From NCBI GenBank assembly GCA_011364905.1, contig RDNZ01000045.1, positions 1-22,426 of the forward strand: 22,426 nt of DNA. Reading direction: 5' to 3'. The notes under the pieces were generated by a model that saw nothing but the letters and a program-made list of their open reading frames with translations, was not told the DNA's origin and ran no database searches. This document shows, one piece after another, positions 15,988 to 22,426 of this stretch. Made by a program: the position numbers and the translations under genes. This DNA is from Candidatus Thorarchaeota archaeon. Its GTDB lineage: Archaea > Asgardarchaeota > Thorarchaeia > Thorarchaeales > Thorarchaeaceae. Within the stretch, counting starts at the first letter, position 1. Each line of letters begins with the position of its first letter.

Positions 15988-18156
15988 CTACTGCTCTTCG
16001 TCAGTCATAAGGAATGGGAGGACCCAATTAGCAAATACAAGCGAGCTTCCGATTGCCCAAACGCTAGCTAAGTTCACATGCCACAGCAAGAAAGCCATGG
16101 AGTTAACACCCAGAATGAAGAAGGTGCCAGCTACAACCGCGAAGAATACAATATCAAGTATAATTACTGGTCGAATTGGATGTCCTTGTCTTTTCCTGTA
16201 AATAGGAATAAGCAAAGCCACCCCGAGTAGCAACAAACCACTCGCTATCTCTTCAACTCGCAGAGAAGCAAATCCAAACACCCTTTCAACCTCTGAACTT
16301 TCACCCTCAGGTGTAAACATAACGACCTTGACTGTATGTTCAGCTTTTGTGTAGTTGCCCACATCAATATAGAATGTGAAGGTTGCATCTGTGATATTTA
16401 TTGTGCGATTCTGATAATTCTCTAAAAGAACATTATCGACATAGATGGAGGCTTGAAGAGACGACCAGGTTGTGTCAACATCAACTACGAATTTTGCATT
16501 GCCAATAACCACGTCTGCAGTCGTTGCGAACCTTAAAACAGGCGGACCGTGGTTGTTGACAACCAAGACCATTGTGAAGGAATATGAGTGACCGAAGTGG
16601 TCGTAGGCTTTGAAAGTCACATTATGCTCGCCTTCGTCAAACGGAGTTGTGTTGAAGTGAATTGTATTCGTCCCTTCAAACACAGTCACATTGTCTACAT
16701 CAGGCACAAGAATCCCATCGACATAAAGGCAAAGAGTACCATCATTGTATGGAGAAGCGATTCTAACTTCTATATTCGCATCGCCTGAAATCTCATTGTA
16801 GTTTGCTAGACCTATTACATAAAGGCGTATGTTATCCAAGAATATCAATGCAATATCAACTGAAAATGACACTCCTTCTTCGGTAAACACAGTGATGTTG
16901 ACAAGATGATTTCCGTTTTCATATCGACTAGTGTTTAGGGAGTAGTTACCGGCTCCCACAGGCTCCATCTTTGCAATCCAATCAGGATCTAACTGGCCAT
17001 CCACTGATATATTCAGGTAGACATAGCTATAGGTCGATGTTATGTTAAGCCACAGGTCTGTGACTCCACTGACGGTGTCTAGCTCTTTAGGGAGAATGAT
17101 TTCCAGTCCCGGCAAACCATGATTGTTTACAAAAAACTCAACATAGTATGTACCGCGAGCATATGTGCCAGACACATTGTACTCGCACACAAGCGTGAAG
17201 TTCAGCATTCCCTCAGGAAGGCCTGTAGTATTTATCTGAATTGTCTGCTCTCTTATCCCAATCGATGTTTTGTTGAAATCCGGATCGACAATCCCGTTAA
17301 CATATAATGTTAGGTTCAATGGTTCATAGTTCGAACCTATCAAGAGGGTGAGGTTGAACACACCTGATACCGTAGAACCATAAGCTGGCGCTTGATGATC
17401 TATTGTAATGGGTTTTCCATCGTTGTCAATGAGATATTCAAGGTACATCTCTGAGTAAAAGCTCGTTGCCAGAACATGGTACTCGAAGATGAATGTGAAG
17501 TTGTTCCAACCCTCCCATAATCCACTCGTGTCCACTATGACACCTATGTCACCCGAGCCTATGAGTAATGGTGTGTACGGCGCTTGTGGAACACCATCTA
17601 CAAGTAATGTCAGATTCAAGTTGCCATAGTCGTGAGTAACATTGAGATTAATGGTCTCAGTGCCACTGAGTGTGCTTCCATTTACAGGCGTATAGAGCGT
17701 TGCTTGAAAATTGAAACCGTTGTTATCAACAAAATAGAGGAGATAGTATGTTTCCTTCTCCGCGAGATATTCAAAGAAGAGTGTGAAATTCAACATCCCT
17801 TCCGGTTGCCCAATGGAATCAACAGTAATGGCTTGGGCGCCTGTTGTCAGATTTGCATGGTCATATCCACTATAGACTGAACCCTCAATTAGGAGAGTGA
17901 GATTCACACTTGAGAAATCAGATGTGATAACGATGTTAATATCAAAGGTTCCTGACACCGTACTCCCATTTGCAGGGCTTGTCAGCGCCACAGTAATGTT
18001 GGGTGAGTTGTATCCTGAAACAGTAAGGGGATCGGTAGGTTTGATCAGATTATGGTCATTTTGTGTGGCAAATTGCGCTTGCATCTGAGTGTGTGCGGCT
18101 CCCACAAACATTATTGTTACTATAAAGAGTGCAAGCAATCTACTCGTTGTTCTCAT
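15988..18156 (-). CDS. Cell-surface glycoprotein with about six Ig-like repeats, signal peptide and multi-pass C-terminal membrane anchor
   Basis: Signal peptide MRTTSRLLALFIVTIMFVGAA. Repeats start PANGSTVSG, PVNGSTLSG, PAYGSTVSG, PKELDTVSG, LANYNEISG and TTADVVIG, and share nltl.vdG and EG..NFT/HxV. Many N-x-S/T sequons and about three C-terminal hydrophobic helices. Confidence 0.8.
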   Translation of the reverse strand: MRTTSRLLALFIVTIMFVGAAHTQMQAQFATQNDHNLIKPTDPLTVSGYNSPNITVALTSPANGSTVSGTFDINIVITSDFSSVNLTLLIEGSVYSGYDHANLTTGAQAITVDSIGQPEGMLNFTLFFEYLAEKETYYLLYFVDNNGFNFQATLYTPVNGSTLSGTETINLNVTHDYGNLNLTLLVDGVPQAPYTPLLIGSGDIGVIVDTSGLWEGWNNFTFIFEYHVLATSFYSEMYLEYLIDNDGKPITIDHQAPAYGSTVSGVFNLTLLIGSNYEPLNLTLYVNGIVDPDFNKTSIGIREQTIQINTTGLPEGMLNFTLVCEYNVSGTYARGTYYVEFFVNNHGLPGLEIILPKELDTVSGVTDLWLNITSTYSYVYLNISVDGQLDPDWIAKMEPVGAGNYSLNTSRYENGNHLVNITVFTEEGVSFSVDIALIFLDNIRLYVIGLANYNEISGDANIEVRIASPYNDGTLCLYVDGILVPDVDNVTVFEGTNTIHFNTTPFDEGEHNVTFKAYDHFGHSYSFTMVLVVNNHGPPVLRFATTADVVIGNAKFVVDVDTTWSSLQASIYVDNVLLENYQNRTINITDATFTFYIDVGNYTKAEHTVKVVMFTPEGESSEVERVFGFASLRVEEIASGLLLLGVALLIPIYRKRQGHPIRPVIILDIVFFAVVAGTFFILGVNSMAFLLWHVNLASVWAIGSSLVFANWVLPFLMTDEEQ

Positions 18157-18266
18157 TCTATAGCCTTCCTGATACCCAGTACTCTGTTTTCGGGCGATTA
18201 AGGCCCCGAGAAGTTGTACTGCTTAAAAGGCTAGCGCAAGTCACACGGATGTACTCAAAAAATATC

Positions 18267-18524
18267 CTAACTCAGCTGGGAATTCTCCTTTTCTTCTCTT
18301 CCTCGAAGGGCAATGATAAATCCGTAACTAACCAAATATCCTCCGAGGGGTGTAAAAACTGCAACAAAAAAAGCTCCCGCTGTAAACGCAGAAGTTAGAT
18401 CAGTATAGGGCTGCGGTGTGATTAACAAACTTGTCCCTAGGAAAATCGTGCTTCCTAGCGCGACCATCAGTAATAATATCCCAAAAGCGCAAATTATCGC
18501 AATATTTTCTGGATGTTTGTTCAT
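18267..18524 (-). CDS. Small two-helix membrane protein, unknown function
   Basis: 85 aa with two long hydrophobic segments and a charged tail. GGTGGAG lies just upstream of the ATG. Confidence 0.6.
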   Translation of the reverse strand: MNKHPENIAIICAFGILLLMVALGSTIFLGTSLLITPQPYTDLTSAFTAGAFFVAVFTPLGGYLVSYGFIIALRGREEKENSQLS

Positions 18525-18562
18525 GAAACTCCACCGATAATAAAATGATATGAACGCTTTTG

Positions 18563-18590
18563 AAGTTGCGTAGAAATTTTTCTACAACTT
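18563..18590. promoter_or_regulatory. Inverted repeat in the divergent spacer upstream of the glycyl radical operon (candidate operator)
   Basis: AAGTT-gc-GTAGAAA-tt-TTTCTAC-AACTT: a perfect 7-bp core plus 5-bp outer arms. Confidence 0.5.
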
Positions 18591-18614
18591 ATCGGAATAT
18601 GTAGAGTTATTAGA

Positions 18615-21056
18615 GTGAATCGACAGGTCAAGGTACTAGTTTGGCGGTGTCAATTATTGACCGTTGATGAAAACAATGCTCCATTGGTCAAGATATGGTC
18701 TCCTTCTGAAACACTCTCTAAACGTGTTCAGAAACTCCGAGATCATTTCTATTCATTCAATGACCGTGATGAAACAAATGAACCATACGCATTTACAACT
18801 GGCACTGAGTGGGATGAGGTTTACTCAGTTCATGACTGGGCGAATGAACCCGCAATCTATCGATTTATGCCTTCAATTGACCAGACCCTCAAGGCCATGT
18901 CAGTGAAAGTTGATCTACCTGAAGATTATTGGGATCATAGCTTGGTTCTTCGACGTGCGATTTTCTTTCATGAGGTCATGACCAAATACATGCCTGTTAT
19001 TATATTAGATGGAGAGCTCATTGTTGGCTTCAACTTCAACACTGCTTTGTCCCGGTCTCTCAACAAATCAGAAACCAAGTCCAGAAACAAGGAAATGAAC
19101 AGATGGTTCAAAGAAGCCTCCAGACTTAATGCAAATGGAGTTGGGACTGCCTCATCCGTTCCTGGACATATCATTCCAAACTATGCCAAAGTCATGAAGA
19201 TTGGAATGAGAGGATTGGCAGAGGAATACACGCAGCTTTTGGAAGATGATATCACCAAAGTGCACAAGGAGTTCATTGAAGCATTGATACTTAGCTGTGA
19301 AACAGCTAGAGATGTTGGGCTTCGCTACTCGAAGAAAGCCCATGAGCTTGCCAAATCCGAAGCGAATCCTGTTCGAAGGGAGGAACTGGAAAAGATAGGA
19401 GAACTTTTGAAACGAGTGCCTTGGGAGCCCCCTAGAACATTCTGGGAAGCGCTTCAATCCTTTTGGATCGTTCACATACTTGTCATGGCGGCTGAATCCT
19501 ATCCGGGTGCTGGATTGTCACATGGACGATGGGACCAGTACATGTATCCGTTCTACAGGAAAGACCTTGATGAGGGTAGACTGACGCGGGATGAGGCAAA
19601 GGAACTGCTACATTGCTATTGGATTAAGCACAACTACGTCTATGACTATCAAGGCCGCCTGGGGATAAATCAGGGAATAAATTCCAGCTTTGGTCAGCTC
19701 ATGACTTTAAGTGGTTGCGGCGCCAATGGGGAGGACCTCTCCAACGATCTCACTTGGCTGGCTCTGGAAGTCATTGAGGAGATGAATCTGTTTGAGCCGA
19801 AACCGAATATCCGATTACACAAGAACACACCGCAAGATTTCCTACTAAGAGTAGCACAGATGGTGTCAAGAGCTCAAGGGTCTCCCTTCTTGATGAACTT
19901 CGATGAGCACAGTATCGATGGATTGGTCTGGCAAGGCGTTCCGAGAGATCGAGCTTGGGATTATGGTATAGTTGGTTGTCTTGAGAACACAATGCAGGGA
20001 AATGATCGCTCAGATACGGTTGATGTTAACATCAATCTAGCAAAGGCAGTTGAGCTTGCTCTGAGTGATGGAAAAGACACTGCTTCAGGTATTCAGTTTG
20101 GCCCAAGAACAGGAGATCCATTGACCTTCACAACTTTTGATGACTTCATGAATGCAGTGAAGGCGCAACTCAAAGCGCTTGTTACTCTTCTCGTCAATGC
20201 TGGAAATATGGCAGATACTTTACGCGCTAAGTATCAGCCTGTCCCGTACCTCAGTGCGCTCATGGATGACTGTGCTGTGAACGGGAAGGATGTAAATGAA
20301 GGAGGGACCACTTGGAACTTCAACACATTAGAGGGCATGGGGATTGCCACTCTTGCAGATTCGGTCGCAGCAGTCAAGAAGATGGTCTTTGATGAGAAGC
20401 GTATTAGTATGAAAGACTTACTTACCGCTATCGAAACAAACTATGAGGGCTACGAGGAAATAAGACTGTTATTGAGGTCAAAAGCTCCCAAGTTTGGTAA
20501 TGATGATGAGTATGTCGATGAAATTGCTAGGGAGTTATCGGTTTACTGGGCTGAGGAAGCAGCGAAGCATGAAAATCCTTTGACAGGCCGCAAATATCGC
20601 GCAGGATACCTATCTTGGAATTACTATGTTCCACTTGCGCCATTGACTGGAGCGACCCCTGATGGACGACGTCGTGGTGACTTTCTCTCCGGAGGTGTAG
20701 GCGCAGTCCAAGGTATGGACTCCAATGGGCCGACTGCATCGATCCGTTCTGTTGGAAAACTGAATCTTCAAACCGTACCCAACGGAGCTTCTCACACAAT
20801 TACAATCAGTCCATCAATGGTTCAGACTCCTGAGCATATTGAGAAACTTGCGGCACTACTTCGTGCTTGTAATGAGGTTGGGGGAACAGCTCTTCAGATT
20901 AATGTCATTGATGCAGAGACTCTCCGCGACGCTCAACGAAATCCTGACGCATATTCAAACCTCATGGTGCGTGTGACCGGATACAATGCATTCTTTACCC
21001 AAGTCGGGAGAGAACTACAAGAAGAAATCATCACCCGAACGGAGCACTCAATCTGA
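18615..21056 (+). CDS. Glycyl radical enzyme (PFL superfamily, single-Cys non-PFL type), substrate unknown
   Basis: Gly-radical loop LMVRVTGY, Cys loop IVGCLE, and GELIVG, GRWDQY, APKFGNDD, ATPDGR and LQINV. The start may be TTG 18657, after GGCGGTG. Confidence 0.93.
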   Translation: MNRQVKVLVWRCQLLTVDENNAPLVKIWSPSETLSKRVQKLRDHFYSFNDRDETNEPYAFTTGTEWDEVYSVHDWANEPAIYRFMPSIDQTLKAMSVKVDLPEDYWDHSLVLRRAIFFHEVMTKYMPVIILDGELIVGFNFNTALSRSLNKSETKSRNKEMNRWFKEASRLNANGVGTASSVPGHIIPNYAKVMKIGMRGLAEEYTQLLEDDITKVHKEFIEALILSCETARDVGLRYSKKAHELAKSEANPVRREELEKIGELLKRVPWEPPRTFWEALQSFWIVHILVMAAESYPGAGLSHGRWDQYMYPFYRKDLDEGRLTRDEAKELLHCYWIKHNYVYDYQGRLGINQGINSSFGQLMTLSGCGANGEDLSNDLTWLALEVIEEMNLFEPKPNIRLHKNTPQDFLLRVAQMVSRAQGSPFLMNFDEHSIDGLVWQGVPRDRAWDYGIVGCLENTMQGNDRSDTVDVNINLAKAVELALSDGKDTASGIQFGPRTGDPLTFTTFDDFMNAVKAQLKALVTLLVNAGNMADTLRAKYQPVPYLSALMDDCAVNGKDVNEGGTTWNFNTLEGMGIATLADSVAAVKKMVFDEKRISMKDLLTAIETNYEGYEEIRLLLRSKAPKFGNDDEYVDEIARELSVYWAEEAAKHENPLTGRKYRAGYLSWNYYVPLAPLTGATPDGRRRGDFLSGGVGAVQGMDSNGPTASIRSVGKLNLQTVPNGASHTITISPSMVQTPEHIEKLAALLRACNEVGGTALQINVIDAETLRDAQRNPDAYSNLMVRVTGYNAFFTQVGRELQEEIITRTEHSI

Positions 21057-22030
21057 TGCCTACATCTGGAATCGTTACTAATATTCAGCGGTGTTCAACG
21101 GAGGACGGACCGGGTATCAGGACCACAGTCTTCCTGAAAGGTTGTCCAATGAAGTGCCTTTGGTGCCATAATATCGAAGCAATTGATCCTGAGTCTACAC
21201 TTGTTTGGTACGCGGTGAAGTGTATAGGCGCCCAATCATGTGTGCGAGCGTGCCCAGAAGGTGCTCTTGAGCTGACACCCGACGGACTTCAGATAGACAG
21301 AGAAAAGTGTGCGGTCTGTGGGGACTGCGAGGACGCATGTCCTACAGGCGCAGTCAAAGTGATGGGAAAAGTCTGGTCTTCAGAAGACCTTGTGCAAGAA
21401 CTACTACGCGATAAAGTGTTCTTTGAAACCTCAAATGGTGGAATCACACTATCGGGTGGTGAAGCAACCTATCAAGCAGAGTTTGCCATAGAGGTTGCTG
21501 AAAGGCTCCAGAGTCAGGGTGTTCATGTGGCTCTTGATACGTGTGGTTATTGCAGCGAGAAAACAATGAGGGACTTTCTACCGCATGTAGATATGGTTCT
21601 TTACGACATGAAGACAATGGATCCCGTTAAGCACAGAGAGTATACGGGTGTCCCTATTGATAGGGTGCTATCGAATGCTCTGATTGTCGCTGAAAGCAGG
21701 AAACCAGTATGGATTCGAACCCCCGTTATTCCTGAGCATACTGATGATGACAAAAACATCAGAGCAATAGCGCGTTTTATTCTTGATAATATGCCAACAG
21801 TAGAGCGGTACGATCTGCTTGCTTTCAATCGGATGTGCATTGACAAGTATGCATTGTTTGATCTGGAGTATCCTCTAAAAGACTATGACCTCATGACGAG
21901 AGACCGCATGGAGAGATTGGCTCACATTGCACGAGAGGAAGGACTTGAGAATGTGTTTTGGTCGGGGATGACGAAGGATTCGAGAACAAAGGACTATTCG
22001 GATGACCAGGAGGTTAAGACCTGTGGGTAA
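21056..22030 (+). CDS. Glycyl-radical enzyme activating enzyme (radical SAM with ferredoxin insertion)
   Basis: DGPGIRTTVFLKGCPMKCLWCHN (CxxxCxxC), ferredoxin motifs, GGITLSGGE and DTCG. TGATG overlap with the GRE stop. Confidence 0.95.
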   Translation: MPTSGIVTNIQRCSTEDGPGIRTTVFLKGCPMKCLWCHNIEAIDPESTLVWYAVKCIGAQSCVRACPEGALELTPDGLQIDREKCAVCGDCEDACPTGAVKVMGKVWSSEDLVQELLRDKVFFETSNGGITLSGGEATYQAEFAIEVAERLQSQGVHVALDTCGYCSEKTMRDFLPHVDMVLYDMKTMDPVKHREYTGVPIDRVLSNALIVAESRKPVWIRTPVIPEHTDDDKNIRAIARFILDNMPTVERYDLLAFNRMCIDKYALFDLEYPLKDYDLMTRDRMERLAHIAREEGLENVFWSGMTKDSRTKDYSDDQEVKTCG

Positions 22031-22426
22031 TATTGTTTTAGATCAAGAACTCGTTAATGTAATGAAAGAATTCGAGGTGCCAAAATTCATGGCCACTAAG
22101 GATGTGGAGGGTGAGCCCAATGTTGTCCCAGTCTTATCGTGGACTGTTTATGATAACAACACCCTTGTTTATGGCGACTTCATGACATACAAATCAAGAA
22201 AAAATGTCAACAATGGTAATAGACAAATCTCAATTCTTGTTGTTTCATCAAACCTAGATAGCTGGTTGATTAAGGCTGATTTTGAGTCATATCACCACAA
22301 TGATGAAATCTACGAATTCATCGCACAGACACCACTATTTCGCTATAATCAATACACAAATGCTCGCGGCGCTGGTGTCGCAGAGGCTCTTTGGGCGAGC
22401 CAGAAATATGGCATATCCAAGATAAA
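22023..22426 (+). CDS. Pyridoxamine 5'-phosphate oxidase-like (split-barrel flavin-binding) protein, truncated by the window end
   Basis: Not in the ORF track. GTG 22023 follows GGAGG (22009-22013) and overlaps the activase stop. The frame stays open to the window end: MGNIVLDQELVNVMKEFEVPKFMATKDVEGEPNVVPVLSWTVYDNNTLVYGDFMTYKSRKNVNNGNRQISILVV... The ATxDxxGxPNVVP and KSxxN motifs are PNPOx-like. Confidence 0.75.
   Translation, partial: MGNIVLDQELVNVMKEFEVPKFMATKDVEGEPNVVPVLSWTVYDNNTLVYGDFMTYKSRKNVNNGNRQISILVVSSNLDSWLIKADFESYHHNDEIYEFIAQTPLFRYNQYTNARGAGVAEALWASQKYGISKI

Noticed and set aside
18129-18398. 89-aa plus-strand ORF
   Set aside because: It overlaps two minus-strand genes that have better starts and composition.
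18615-21056. Calling the GRE pyruvate formate-lyase (pflB), CutC or HypD
   Set aside because: There is no Cys-Cys pair, so it is not PFL, and I could not confirm the substrate-determining residues of the other characterised GREs by eye.
1-22426. CRISPR arrays, tRNA/rRNA genes, transposases, integrases
   Set aside because: No regularly spaced repeats, cloverleaf or rRNA signatures, or recombinase motifs seen. All intergenic gaps are under 200 nt.

Overview
Gene-dense archaeal window, most likely from an Asgard archaeon such as a Thorarchaeia-like lineage. This is inferred from the gelsolin-fold, roadblock and longin-like genes, a ThiR-type regulator and GGAGG/GGTG ribosome-binding sites. The left half holds candidate eukaryotic signature proteins: a 97-aa single gelsolin-fold protein followed by a SNAP/TPR-like + Ig-like + helical protein, and a minus-strand run of gelsolin-domain protein (Pro-rich linker, basic tail), roadblock/LC7, longin-like protein and a coiled-coil/Zn-ribbon protein. 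That run is divergent from a polytopic membrane protein with a repeated PPPPG tail. Between these lie a class I/II aminotransferase, a TauE/SafE exporter, a MoaD/ThiS-like protein with a masked Gly-Gly and a GNAT. The right half has a thiamine ABC transporter (thiB-thiP-thiQ) divergent from thiR with a clear palindromic operator, a second GNAT and a six-Ig-repeat surface glycoprotein. It ends in an operon of a single-Cys glycyl radical enzyme of unknown substrate, its activase and a truncated PNPOx-like flavin-binding protein that is absent from the ORF track. I recognised no rRNA, tRNA, CRISPR array or mobile element. All family calls come from motif recognition by eye, not database searches.
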